DNA of 64,000 nt from Eledone cirrhosa (taxonomy: Eukaryota): positions 61,318,001 through 61,382,000 of the forward strand of contig OZ024744.1 in the NCBI GenBank assembly GCA_964016885.1, read 5' to 3'. Positions 23,433 to 37,539 of the stretch are shown one piece after another (positions within the stretch are counted from its first letter, which is position 1; each line of letters starts with the position of its first letter). Made by a program: the position numbers and the translations under genes. Below the pieces are notes generated by a model, which saw only the letters and a program-made list of their open reading frames with translations, did no database searches and was not told the DNA's origin.

Positions 23433-26320
23433 GGTCGTCTGTTCCATACAAACTTGACAACTTCTGGCACTTTAGGTCTGTTACCATCAAGAGATATCAA
23501 ATGGTTTTTTAGTCCTGAAAGTCTGTGAAACACCCATCCACAAATAATACAATGATGTTTCACTTCATCCTTGTTTTGCACTTTGGGTTTGCTTATTGTG
23601 TATGTTCAGATGTCGCTTCAATCCACCTCCTGATTTACAAATTTTCTGACAAACATGGCACTGGAACTGATTTTCTGTAACAAAGTTTGAATAGTCAACT
23701 TTGACTTTTCCATCATGTGCTCATTGGTGTGACTTCAAGGCAGTGTTCAAAAGGTCCACCTTAGAGCACACAGGGCATTTGAAAACCAATGCTGGATAAG
23801 ATTCATCATTATTACTGTTAGTACCATACTTTCACACCTTTCTTTCCAGTTCTGCATGTTTTACCCTCTCCATTTCAAATGCTTTAACTCTATTCCAAAT
23901 GGCATTTCTTCAGGATACTCTTTCTACTGCATATGATGCAAGATTTTTGTAAGATATGTTAAGGCATTTTAAGTTCGCTTTCTGAGAGTCTCTGTATCTC
24001 CTCCTTGGCTTACTGTTTAACCTTTTTCCCAACTTAAGTTCATTATAAAACATTTTCTTGGGGATGCATCCGTCAACCATACGTATCGTGACCTGTCCAT
24101 TGTAAATGATTCCTATTAAGCATGGCGTGAGTAGATGTTTAATTTTTGGCCTAGCAAGAATTTCAGTCTCTGAAACGAATGTATTCTAGCTTATTTTAAG
24201 TATATGCTGGAGTCATTCTTGGTGAAATTGCTCTAACATTTTAACATGCTCTGTGTACAATGTCGATGTCTCAGATGAATACAATAGTACGGAGAGTACA
24301 AATGGGATATATACAGCATCCCTATCTCCAATTTAATGTGATGTTGTTACCAGACTTTAATTCCAGTCCACCAAAGGCTTTTGCTGTCTTTTTTATATGA
24401 GATGTGATTTCAGTATCCAATTTGCCATCAGCTTGTATCCCACTACCAAGGTATTCAAAGGAAGTCACCGTCCTTAGCATTGTGCCCTTAACGAGGATTT
24501 GACGTGCAGTTGCCTGCTCCCCAGAATCAGGTTGATGTATTACAATAGTCTTTTTTAAATTAATTATAAGTCCTAACACATCATAAACAGCGTCAAAATC
24601 ACTGATCAGGCTTTGTAAGTCCTCCTTAGTGTGACTTACTAGGTTACAGTCATCTGCACAAAGAGGGTCACAGATGAAAGAGGTGAAGGCTTTAGAGTTG
24701 AATCTCATTCTAATCAAGTAGAACACATTGCTTGAAGAGCAATATCAGATAAAGACTCCGTCTGTTAATGTTGTAAAGGCATTTGACAGTATCATCGCAA
24801 AATAAATGACAAAGAGTGTTGGTACTTCATGGTCACCCTACTTTACTCATTTTCCTCTGTGAATGATTCTGAAAGAGTACCACCAAAATTAATGTGGTAA
24901 ATATGATCTGGATGTCATTACATTATCTGAGACATGACTACCTGGAGATGGCAAAATTACTGAAAAGCCATTAGGTTACACTTTCTTTTGGAAAGGTTTG
25001 CCTGAAGGACAAAGGAGATATTCAGGTGTTGGTTTTAAATTAAAAACTCAATCCTAGAATATCCAAGAATTTCCAAGCTGTGTATCTGAAAACATGAAAT
25101 TCTTCCAGCTTCAGCTAAAAGATCAATTCCTGACAATGTCATATTCCATTGAAAAGTTTTATCAGGATCTTGGGAATCTGGTGTAAAAAGTTCCAAGGGA
25201 AAAAATGCTAGTCATCAGGAGTGACTTTAATGCTAGAGTGAGAGTAAATCATACAATGTGGCCTGTTTTGGGGAATGGCACTGGAAAATGTAACGAAAAT
25301 GAACTATCGCTTCTCACATTTTGTACTGAACACCAGTTAGCTATCTCAAATACTTTCCTCAAGCAAAAAGAGAAATATAAAACACATGGATGCACCCAAG
25401 GTCTAAGCACTGGCACCTTCTTGTATATATTAGTTCGCAAGGCAGCTTTGAATGATGTCACTACTGTCCAAATAAGGAGTGATGCAGAATGTTGTTTGAA
25501 CCATAGGCTTGTTAGGGGACAATTCAATTTGTTAATCAGGCAAAAAGTCAGAAAGGCAGGGCCTAAAATATCAAAGAGAGTAAACACTGCAAGCTTCAAA
25601 TCCCCTAAGCTGTTGAAAAGTTTTCAAGATGGGCTTATGAGCATTACTTTTGATGAAGATAACATTTGGGGGAGTTTAAAGTCTCAAATCTAGAAGTTGC
25701 ATCAAGTACTTTGGGTTTCAAATTCAAGAGGATGGCTGATTGGTTTACTGATAATGACTTGGAAGTGTCCAGAATTCTGTGTGAAAAACAAGAGATGTGC
25801 AAGAACATTCTAGGAAAGTCCAAAATTCCCAACAAAAGCCGTAAGCTTAAGGCTATGAAATCAAAAATTTAGAGCAGTCTTTGGCAAATGAAGGAAAATT
25901 GTGCCACCAGAAAGGCAATGAAGCATAAATAACTGCAAAGACTCTAAAACCTTCCTTTCATATATAAAAGCTGTATTTGGTCCAAGAGCAACAGTGATAT
26001 GCTCTTTACGGATGTCATATCCATACAGAAACATTGGGTGCAACACTACATTGATCTGCTTAACAAGCCATCAAATGAGAATATGGACACAATTGAGGGA
26101 ATGGACAACCTTCCAGTCATTGCAGAAGTGTCTTCCTTACATGGCATCACTGCAGCTGTGAAGAAGTTAAATAACAATAAATCTCCCACTATCGATGGTA
26201 TCAGATCAGAAATATTAAAATTTGATGAACAAAGGAAGATCGAAATGCTTCACTCACTATTTTTGCATTGTTGGAGAGCGGAGGAAGTACCACAGGACTG
26301 GGTTGATAATATTTTAGTAT
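23430..26320 (-). mobile_element. Old RTE LINE with a 5' inversion (3' half minus 23430-24890; APE and RT start plus 24890-26320)
   Basis: Minus: ADDC, FEYLGS, C2H2 'CIICGWVF...LKNHL'. Plus: 'SDFNARV', 'AISNTF', 'KSPTIDGI', 'EVPQDW'. Confidence 0.85.
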
Positions 26321-26384
26321 ATATGTATATATACATACATATACATATATATATATATGTGCGTGTATGTGACTCTGTGTGTGT

Positions 26385-26781
26385 ATCATCATCATCATCA
26401 TCATCATCATTTTACATCCACTTTTCCCTGCTTGCAAGGGTGGGATGGGAACTAATTCTGGCTTGATTTCTACAGCTGGATGCCCTTCTTAACACCAACT
26501 TCATTTAAAGTGAGTGATGGGTGCTTTTTTTCTGTGGTGCCTACATGTCCACTTTACAGTGTGGGCTGGGTGCTTTTTTGCCATGGCACCTCCACGACCA
26601 CTTTGCAGTGGAATGATACGAACTCCAGTCCTATCATCTCATTTCTACAGCTGAGTAAACTGGAGCAATGTAAAATAAAGTGTCTTGTTGAAGGAAACAA
26701 CACATCACCCGGTCTGAGAATTGAACTCACAACCTTTCGATTGCAAGCTCAATGCTCTAACCACTAAGCCATGCGCCTTCA
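26385..26781 (-). mobile_element. Full-length tRNA/CORE-SINE with RTE-derived body and tail
   Basis: Same family as 3269-3550 and 57181-57491. (CAT)n tail. Confidence 0.88.
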
Positions 26782-27318
26782 TGTATGTGTGTGTATATAT
26801 GCTTCAATCCATCGCCTCATTATATATATATATATATATAAATATAAATGTAATGAAGATTGCTGGTATTTAGTCAACGGCCTCCAGGGAACATCTAGCT
26901 CATGCAATGAATCTGCCGATTTGCAGTAATGCTGCTGCAATCAGTTGTTCAGAGTGCACACATTTAGTTAATAGTAGATACAGTGGCTGTTTTGGTAGAG
27001 ATAAATGTAAAAATCTCAACTCTTGGACGATATCATTTCTGTGCAACATAACACAAATGAAGATATTAAATATTCAGAAAATTACGCTGTATCTGCAGAT
27101 ATTTACATAACCAGGCTATTACAAGTCTTCAGCAGGCCGCCCATGTCACTAGATCGGTCTATGCTTTATGGATAAGGTATCCAGCAGTTCTTGGCATTCT
27201 CACTGTCTCTAATGAAAAAAGGAAGACTTCTATAGTAGACTAAAACACTTGATTTGGTGGTTGAATTCAAACAAAGGAATTCACGCCAAAAGGAGAACTC
27301 AACCAGTTTATTATATAT

Positions 27319-27350
<32 letters not shown>

Positions 27351-30300
27351 TTTATGTCCGCTTTTCCCTGCTTGCAAGGGTTGGACTGGTCCTATTCAGC
27401 ACAGCATCTCTCCACTTGTCACGGTCCTTCGTCATCTCCTCGGTGAGATTCAGCGATCTGAGGTCAGCTCTCCCCCACCTCCGCCTATGTTTTTCGTGGT
27501 CTACTTCTACTGCATCTTCCTTCTACTGGGATTTCTTGGCAGCGGTCATCCTCCATGTGCATCACATGTCCATAGGTTCTCAGCCTTCTCTTCTGCACAC
27601 CACAACTTATCCCTCTTATACCCAGTTTCTTTCTCAACTCGTCCATGCTTGGTCGTTCACACACATTGGCATTACACATCCAACGGAGCATACTTGCTTC
27701 ATTTCTCTCCAGCCGTCGCATATCTTCTGCAGTTGCTGCCCATGTCTCACTACCATGCAGCATTGTGCTCCTCACACAGGCATCATATAACCGCCTTTCG
27801 TACGGAAGGAGAAATCCTTCTTAGTCAACAGAGGAAGCAGCTCCCTAAACTTCTTCTAACCCGTCCTTATTCTAGATACTAAGATACTATGGCCTCGGGA
27901 CCCCCCCCCCTCCCATGCAAATCTGATCACCTAGGTACCGGAAGCTATCAACCACTTCTATAGAACCCACCTGCATTGGAAAAATGTGTCTATCACTGCG
28001 ATTACTACTGCCAACTTTCCCTGTACATCTACTGCATACGTAGTTTTCCCTACCTGTTAGTTTGCCTGCTATCCCACTACATCTCTTGTGTACCCAAGAT
28101 CTGCATTAGGTACATTTTATGGAATTTATGCCAGTTCCTTTCCTACATATCGAACATGGCCATTTCCCCAACGGAATCAGTGTATTGTCCTCTCTTCTAC
28201 TATCAACACTTTTGTTTTAACTATGTTCACTCTCAGGCCTCTTGATTTCAACTGCTGTTTCCATAGCCAGAATTTATTCTCTAGCTCCTCTACTGATTCT
28301 GCTATAAGAACCAGATCGTCAGCATAGAGAAGTTCCATGGACAGTTAGTCTTAAACTCCTCTGTTATGGCTTGGAGGACTATAATGAACAAGAGCGGGCT
28401 GAGGACCGAACCCTGATGTACACCTACTTGTATCTGGAATTCCTTACTAAACTTTACTGACAGCACCTCTGTACATAGCTTGCACTGTCCTCACAAGCCA
28501 TTCCTCAACACCTAGTTTCCTTAGGGACCACCAGATGACAGATCGGGGTACCCTATCAAAGGCCTTCTTTAGGTCAACAAAAGCTAAGTATAGTGGCTTA
28601 TTCTTCTCTAAGAACCTCTCTTGTAGTTGCCTCACCAAAAAGAGGGCATCTGTTGTACTTTTCCGAGGCACCAAAACAAACTGCATCTCATCTAATTTGA
28701 CCCTTTCTCTAATTAGTTGTGCTAATATCCTTTCTGCCACTTTTATAACCTGATCCATCAGTTTTATACCCCTATAATTGCTCCTCTCCAGAGCATCCCC
28801 TTTACCTTTGTAGCAATTTATGAGAATACTGCTGCACCAGTCTTTGGGTATGACACCACCATATATAACCTGATTGATGATGCGTGCAACCAGTTTAGTG
28901 CCTACGTCCCCCGATTCCTTCAGCATCTCAGCAACTATCCCCGACGGTCCAGCAGCCATACCATTCTTCATTTCCTTAATTGCCTCTTGTACCCTATATT
29001 CATCAATCTCAATAGCTGATCTCTCTGTCGGGTCTACTGGGGTAATTCCTCTCTGTCCCATTCGTTCTCCACATTCATCAGTCTCTCATAGTGACATTTC
29101 CAGGCCTCCTTTTTCTGATCATTCGTGACACTAAGTACACCGGCATCATCCCGGACACACTTATCTCCAACAACATCCTGATTTTCACTGACACACTGCC
29201 TTGCAATGTGGAACACCGCACGCTCCTGATCTGCTCGTCGCAGAACATTGGCAAACCTCCTACTCTCAGCCTCCATGCGTGCTAAGTACACCTGACGTCT
29301 AGCTTCTCTCTTAGCAGCTGTGTATCCTTCTCTACTCCCACCATTTTTCCAAGCCTTCCATGTCAGTCTTTTGTCTCTAATGGCCTTATCTACTGTGTTG
29401 TTCCACCACCAGGTCACTCTTTGTCTGTTTGAAGTTCTGCCCCAACCACAAATTTCTTCAGTAGCCTGCAGTAAGTTGTCACGTAAGAAATTCCAGTTAT
29501 CATCTATGTCATACGATTCTAAATCGTCTTCCTTTTCGTCATACACATCTTGAAGGGCTTTGCTAAATTTATATTTTAATGAAAGGTCTTTTAGCTTCCA
29601 GACCTTTCTTTTCCACACCTTCCTGTATGTCTCATTCTTTCTCTTGCTTACTGAGATGCCACTAATGACTAACCTATGCTGGGGGGTACATTCTTCCCCA
29701 GGGTATGCCTTAGTATTTGACACCATCTGTCTGTCTCACTGTCTAACTAGCAGGAAGTCAATCTGGCTTATGTGCTCACCTGATTTGGAGGTTATTAGGT
29801 GGTTGGTAGGCTTCTTGAAGTTAGTGTTGCAAATGGTTAATGCACTTGCATCACAAAATTGAAGACACCTCATTCCTTCTTCATTTCTTGAGCTGTAACC
29901 GTGCTCACCATGTACCCCAGTATATCCATCCTGGAGCCATCCAACATGACCATTGAAGTCTCCTGCTAGCATAACGATGTCTCTGTCCTCTGTCATTGAG
30001 TCTGTTTGTAAAAGTTGCTCGTAAAAGCAGTCTTTCTCTTCTTTACCTAGGCCCGCTTGGGGAGCATAGGCAGAGATGATTGTCAGTAGTCTCCTGCCTA
30101 CAACTAACCTAAGCTTAATTATTCTATTACTAACTCTAACTACCTCTATTGTCTTATTGATCCATCTCTCAGCCAATAATATGCTCACCCCCACCTAACC
30201 CATCAACATTACCCACCCAGAAAAGCTTATAACTATGATGTTTGCCTGCGATTAGTCTTGCAGAGGCATCTCTCTCCATCTCGCCTCTTGCACACATCAA

Positions 30301-30705
30301 CATGCCTTCTCTCCAGCATCTCCACTATCTCACCAGATCTACCTGTTAGTGCCAACATTAAGTGTGGCAACTCTGAGATGCAATGTCTCGTTCTTTTTCC
30401 TGTTGTGTGATTGCTTGATGACAGTCGGGGGGTTCTCGCACATGGCCTCACTAGCCACCCTACTACCGTGCACAGCCTTAACATGGTTAGTGTTATTGCT
30501 GTTTATGCAGTTGTTGCAATTCTTATTTGTTGTGCTCATAATTTGGCTTTTATTATACTGGTTGGATGCCCTTCCTAACACCAGCACCACATTACAGCAT
30601 GGATTAGGTGCTTTGATTCGTGCCAGCAGCACTAAAGAGGTTGTCTTACTGGACTCAGGGGCCCTCTTTACCCTTCCATTTTACAGCATGGACTGGGTGC
30701 TTTTA
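27319..30705 (-). mobile_element. Near-full-length degraded RTE family C (5' UTR, APE, RT with PHD, short 3' UTR)
   Basis: LRVATLNVGT, SAYAPQ, GDFNGHVG, SQIDF, AFVDLKKAFDRV and later motifs across ORFs from 30632 down to 27485. Confidence 0.93.
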
Positions 30706-30831
30706 TATATATAGTGAGGTGTATGCATATATACATATATACAAGCAAATAATAGCTGATTTGTGATACAAAGTCGAACATTCAATACTCAATATTTAAT
30801 ATTAGGAAACAAACAAGAAATATATATATAT

Positions 30832-32085
30832 ATCATCTTATCTGCCCCGTAGTCTGGTGGAGCGTTGGAGCACCACAGATGGCCTGGCAACCAACTCCTT
30901 CCATTCCTTTCGCCTCTCCACCCTCTTCATGATTGCACCCAGCTTCATGCCTGTCCATTCTGGGATGTTGTCCTCCCATCTCTTTTTCTGTCTGCCTCTC
31001 TTCCTCCCTGCAGGAGAGCCTTGGCAAACACTGAAGATCTTGTCACGTACCCGTGCCATCACAATTTGCATAGTTTTACAACGGTCAGTAGGTCTTTTAG
31101 GGCCTGATGGCTTGCCAAATTCTGTTTCGCACCTCCTCATTGGAGATCTGGCGAGTACTTCGGATCCTTTATCTGAAATGATTGCTCTTAAGTATTTGCA
31201 ACTGTTGACACACTAGTTTCTCGCCATTGACCTGACGTTAGTGCTGATGCTGTTGGTGTTGCTGGTCATTACTTTGGTCTTTTCTGCACTGATCTGCATG
31301 CTGTAGACAGTAGAAGTCTTGTTAAGACATTCCACTAGGTTGGCTAGCTACTCTTCCTTCTCAGCTAGACCAACTATGTTGTGAGCAAAATGCAAGTTTA
31401 TAACAGTCCTGCCACCAATGCTGACTGTTTCTTCATGGTCTTCCAATGTGTCTGTCATAATTCTATCTAAGAAGATGTTGAAGAGAGTTGGAGAGAGCAA
31501 ACAGCTTTGTCTTACTCTGACTGTGGTTCTGAACCAGTCCCCAATGCAGATGTTTAAGTAGCGATCATGAACTTGTCATCATGACCTTCAAACTACATCT
31601 GAAGTTGGTCAAGAAACAGGACCACACCAGAATCAGATTTGACCTTGAGAATCTGAAGAATCTTGATAAGATCCTTGGCAAACATCGCCCAATCAAAAAG
31701 CCCTGGTTCACAGCTGAGATACTTGATATGTACGGCAGTCAGAGGATGTTGAAGTGGAAGAAGAAAAATGTAGAACGAGCAAAACAGTACGGGTCAGTCA
31801 ACCAGGGAATAAAGAAAGGCAGGGAATAAAGAAATGATAAGGGCTAAAGAGAACCGGATTGAAGAGCAGTGCCAGAACATTGAAGATAACCTGAAAAGGA
31901 ACAACAGCAAGAAAGCTACCAACTGGTGAAAGACCTGACCAGCATTAATCAAGGGTGAACCACCCCTATACAGGATAAGGAAAGTAAAAGCCTGACTGAA
32001 GAACAGGACATCCTAAACAGATGGACTAAGTACTGCTCAGAGCTGTACAACCACAGAGCTATAGGAGATCCAGAAATACTGATGA
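30832..32085 (-). mobile_element. Another RTE LINE with a 5' inversion (3' part minus 30832-31560; linker region plus 31560-32085)
   Basis: Minus: 'VRQSCLLSPTLFNIFL', 'RGRQKKRWEDNI'. Plus: 'RIRFDLENL', 'KKPWFT'. Confidence 0.8.
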
Positions 32086-32090
32086 CAACT

Positions 32091-32252
32091 ACCTTTTAAA
32101 ATGATTAACCTCCTTTGTATATATTTAATTAAATAAAGAAATATATTTCACCATCAATCGGTAAATCACAGTAGTCAAATCCTGATTGATGGTGAAATAT
32201 ATTTCTTTATTTAATGAAATATATACAAAGGAGATTAATCATTTTAAAAGGT
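32091..32252. repeat. Inverted repeat with ~70-bp arms at the end of a PLE
   Basis: 'accttttaaaatgattaa...caccatcaatc' and 'gattgatggtg...ttaatcattttaaaaggt'. Confidence 0.85.
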
Positions 32253-32399
32253 ATATTTGAAATTCTAGTTAAACTTTAATTAGTTACCTACCTAGCTACA
32301 CACTTTACAAATTATTCCCTGTGATTGTTTCATATGTTTATTTTATATATGTCAATCAATTTCTAGTTGATATAAAATGCTTGGATCTATTCATTGGAA

Positions 32400-33722
32400 T
32401 CTTTGAGCATATTCTGCAGTGGATATGGCGTATGTCTCTCAGACATGACCCCCTTAATTTAATTTTGGATATATATACGGCCCCTATGTTCCATTTTGGC
32501 ATGTTCGTGGAGTACTGAGGAGTTCTAACCATCTTGTAGTTCTCGCCAGTGTTCATTTATTCTTTGTCCTATGCTACGTGATGTCTCACCTATGTAAGTT
32601 GTATTCTTATTCCTACACTGTCCCTCAGTACATGTTATGCTATATACTACGTCACTAGTTTTGCAGTTGATTTGAGGGCTTAATTTGTAGGCTATAAATT
32701 TCCTATCAGCGCCGAGTTTTCTTTTTTAAAAGATATGTCCTACTAATTAGGGCTTTTATGGGAATACTTGGTTTTTCAACAATCTTAATATTTAAATTTA
32801 ATTTCTCTAGAGCCCTTCTAAATCTGTAAACTAGTTTGCTTCTGGGGGTTGCATTGACAAACATTTCACTCTGGTATTTATTTCTGTCATACCACAAGTT
32901 AACTTTATTAGTCTTCTTCTTAGTTCTTTCATTCTATTCTTTTACTTGGAGCAAGTCCCATTTGCATTTTTTACAATCTTCATCCATTTGGCTCCTTTAT
33001 ATAGCTTGATCCTGTCTAATTGTAGCCAGAGGACTGCATGCAGTAGATAAGTGTTGTATGTGTCTCTCTAATTCTTTAAGATTGCACATACAAGACGCAT
33101 TCCTCATCACTCTTACTAAATCTGTAATTAGTATGTTAACTTTCATGTTATCTGAAATGGCTGAGATTTAGTGGATCAGGTACTTGGAGGTCATGAGTTT
33201 GGTATAATGCGAATGGAGGATTTGTGTTTTATTACTAATGGTTCTAACCAGAGTTCTGTGTCTAGTACAGGTAATCTATGGTTGGGGTATTTAGTTGGGT
33301 AGTCTATGGCAACTTTAATACTCTGGTGGATGGAGTTAGTTATTTGCTGGATGATTTCCATGGTGTTCCTTTCTAATTTCTGACCATTCTTTACGATGCT
33401 GATGTCATCTACGTAGCGGGAGTACATAGTCAGGGTTATAGAGTTCTCATCTAAGTGTTTCTTAAGTCTACTGTCCCACCATGCCATAAAGAGGTCCACC
33501 TGCTCCATTTTTCTGTGTGCGTCTTCTTGGCCATTGAGATAATGGTTGGTGGTCTGCCTCTCTCTGGCCATGTGAGACAGAGGCTGCTAAGGTCATGTGT
33601 GTCTAAGTAATCCTTATCCCATGTAAGTCTAAATAGGAGTCCCTGCTCACTAGTGTCAATCCCACAGAATTCTAAATCACTCTTGCTGATCATTTCTACA
33701 CATTTTTCAAATCTTGCAAAAG
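32400..33722 (-). mobile_element. Degraded Penelope-like element of a second lineage (RT and GIY-YIG)
   Basis: YSRYVDDI, DYPTKYPNHRLPVLD. Minus 32555-32690 translates to CKTSDVVYSITC...YIGETSRSIGQRINEH. Confidence 0.85.
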
Positions 33723-33754
33723 AAATACATATATACATACATATTTATATATAT

Positions 33755-36216
33755 ATCATCATCATCATCCGTTCTTCCATGCTAGCATGGGTTAGACAGG
33801 CTGTCCTATTGTGGGCAGTATCCGGTTGGCTGACCTTGTCTTGCTCATACAGGAACTGATTCTGGCTTGATTTCTACAGCTGGATGCCCTTCCTAACACC
33901 AACCTCATTTACAGTGAGTGCTGGGTGCTTTTTTTTCCATGGCACCTACACATCCACTTTACAGTGTGGGCTGGGTACTTTTTTGCCGTGGCACCTCCAC
34001 GACCACTATGCAGTGGGAGGGTGTGGGGGCATATTGTCTATATGCTTCAGCTTCGGCTTTAACCTGTGGGAGGTCGGGTATTCTGTATTACTACGTGACG
34101 CCAGAGGTCACGGTCCTGTGTCATCACCTTTGAGAGGTGTAATTGGGTAAGGTTGGCTTTTATCACCTCATCCCAGGTCTTCTTGGGTCTCCCCACTCCG
34201 CGGTTTCCATCGACTTCTAGTGCTCTGCACCTTTTTATGCAGCTGTCATCCTTCATACGCATCACATGTCCATACCAACGCAACTGTCTCTCCTGCACAC
34301 AGCATTGATTCCTCTTATGCTCAGTCTCTCTCTCAATTCATTTATGCTTTACCGTTCACGTATATTACTATTACACATCCATCGGAGCATGCAGGCTTCA
34401 TTTCTTTCTAATCTACGCAAGTGTTCCACATTCAGCGTCCAGGTCTCACTACCATGTAATATTGCTGTTCGTATACATGCATCATACAGTCTGCCTTTCA
34501 TTTTGAGGGAAAAGCCTTTTGCAGCTAGCAGTAGCAGCAGCTCCCTGAACTTCTTCCATCCCATTCTTACCCCAGTTATTGTACTTTCTGAACACCCACC
34601 TCCACTGCTAATTCGGTCACCTGGGTAGTAGAAGCTGTCTACTGTTTTTACAGAGCCCTCCCAGAGATTGGTGGTACTTGTTTCCTGTGGCTGTTTGCTG
34701 CTTGCTGTCCCAGCACAGCTGCTAAATGTGAAGCCTACATTCTTAGTTAAGCTTCCTGGGATCCCGCTACATCTCTTGTGTACCCATTGTTGCATTTGGG
34801 GCAGAGAATGGAGTTCCTACCTACACCTTTCCTACATAGTGAGCAAGGCCATTTCCCTGAGGGGATCTGGGTTCTCTTTTCTCGTCTACTTACAAGGACC
34901 TTAGTCTTTGTCAGGTTGACTGTGAGACCCTTTCTTTCTAGTCCCTGCTTCCAAGTTTGGAATTTTTTCTCTAGTTCTACCATAGATTCAGCTATAAGTG
35001 CGAGGTCATCTGCATGGGCATCCGGTCTTAAACTCCTCCGTTATTGCCTGCAGGACTATGATGAACAGGAGAGGGCTAAGAACGGAGCCCTGGTGGACAC
35101 CGACCTGTACGCTAAATTCCTCGCTATACTCATTGCTAATCCTAACTTTGCTGACTGCTCCCCTATATATGGTTTGTACAGCTTTCACAAGCCATTCATC
35201 TACTCCTAGTTTTCTAAGAGCACACCAGATTACAGCACGTGGAACTCTGTCAAAGGCTTTCTCAAGGTCGACAAATGCCAAGTAGAGTGGCTTACTTTTA
35301 GCTAGGTACTTTTCCTGTAACTACCTCACAAGGAAGAGGGCATCAGTGGTGCCTTTTCTTGGTACACTGCCTTGCAATCTTGAACACCTTCTGTTTCTGG
35401 TCCTCACGTTGCAAAACATGCTTGAATTTTCTATCCTCTGCTTCCCTCCTAGCTAAGTATACTTGTCACCTAGCTTCCCTCTTGGTCTCTATGTAATGTA
35501 CCCTGCTCCACCCGTTCTTCCATTCTTTCCATGCCTGTCTCTTACCCTTAACTGCCTCATCTACCTTATTGTTCAACCACCATGTCACTCTCCTCCTGCC
35601 TGTGGTCTTACTCCAGCCACAGATCTCATCCGTCGCCTCTAGTAAGTTATTTATTAGGAACTCCCAGTGCTCTTCTACAGTGAATGTCTCTATTTGTTCT
35701 TCTTTACTGTCGTAGACGTTGAGTAAAATATCTTTAAATCTGTTACTGGCTGAGGGGTCTTTCAGCTTCCAGATCTTTCTTCTCCAGGTTGCCTTCTGTT
35801 TCCAAGTTTGTCTAGTTCTGACCGTGAGGTCGCTGACAACTAAGCTATGTTGGGAGGTACATTCCTCACTAGGGAAGGCTTTTGTATTTACGACCGTCCA
35901 TCTGTCACGTCCTCTGATGAGGATAAAATCCATCTGACTAGAATGCTCCCCTGATCTATAGGTGATCAGGTGGTTGTTGGGTTTTTTGAAGTTTGTGTTA
36001 CATATCGACATGTCATTGGCGCCGCAGAATTCTAGAAGCCTGAATCCTCCCTCATTTCTTGTGCCAACCGCATGGCCTCCATGGACTCTACAGAAGCCGT
36101 CACAGTGTTTCTCTACGTGTCCGTTAAAATCTCCTGCAATAATTAGGAAGTCATTGTCGTTTGTTAGAGCAGTAGTGTGTATTAGGGACTCGTAAAACCT
36201 ATCCTTAAGTTCGTCT

Positions 36217-36221
<5 letters not shown>
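33755..36221 (-). mobile_element. RTE family B, 5'-truncated with internal deletions
   Basis: APE ORF 35466-36221. RT pieces 35006-35281, 34747-34983, 34349-34795. (CAT)n tail. Confidence 0.93.
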
Positions 36222-36251
<30 letters not shown>

Positions 36252-37539
36252 TCATCATCATCATCATTTTACATCCGCTTGGTACCAAGCAGTTTCGGCT
36301 TGTGACACACAAACCAAAACTGCTTTGCAAACATGGTTGAGATTTTACATATCTCTATATCCACTCTGCATTTCCTCATGCAATGAGTACTCACATGATT
36401 AGTGGTCTCCCCGGTCTCAGCTGTAAAATCACTTGGTATGAAAATTAGGCTAATCAGCCAATATATACTTTAGAGAATACTATATGTTCTCAAGAGTTCT
36501 AGTGTCTGGCAGAAAAGGAGAGATACACAATCTTGACAAGGGGCAATAACCCTGAAAGAATTGTAGATTGTTTCTCTCTGCTACCGCTAGAACAAAATGA
36601 TGATAGTAATCTAAAAACACATATCATTATGAGGCTGTTTGCTTGCAAACAAATAAAATATTAATAATATTTTCATATTATTATTATTATTCGATATAAA
36701 AGACTCACAAACGAATACATTTATGTATCTGCTGTATTAGATCAAAAACAAATTTTGTTTATATATATATATATATAAGTATATATCATCATTATCATTT
36801 AATATTCGCTTTCCCCGTTAGCAAGGGTTGGACAGGCCTAAATAGTCCAAGTTAGTACTGGAGCAGGGTTACTGATCTCCCAGACAGGCTGGGGGTTTCT
36901 GAATATTGCTTATGTACAGTCTCATGTTCTGCCGAGTGAGACACAGGTGAGGTTGTCATGTTTTTGACACATCTGAAGGGTCCTCCCAACTCCTTTGACA
37001 AACTTTCTACTACTCAATGCCCTTCTTATCACCGACCACTTTACAGTATACTGGGTGCATTTATCGTGTAAATCATCGACACAAGTAAGGTTGTCATGTT
37101 CTTGACATGACTGAAAGGTTCTCCCAACCCTCTTTTTGACAAGCTTTCTACAATTGGATGCCATTCCTATTATCAACTATGTTACAGAGTGTACTGGGTG
37201 CGTTTATCATGTAGATCACCAACACTAGAGAAGTTACTGTACAATGGCATGACTGAAGGATCCTCATGACCCTTTTTTTTTTTTATTATGGAGAAGAGAA
37301 CATTCAGTGCTGGAAACGTGAGATGTAGCGATGGTGAGATGTAGAAATGCAGATCCTGTGAAATCATTGAGCAAGTGGGAAATTTTAGTACGCTAGCACA
37401 AACTCAATTTATCTAGTTCGATTATATATATATATATATATATAAGGAAAAGAAATCGAAAATGCATCTGGAGTCTTTTTAAGAATATTTATTTGTCCTT
37501 TACCGGTTTCAAAGTTCTTATGCGTTACAAAAGTAGAAT

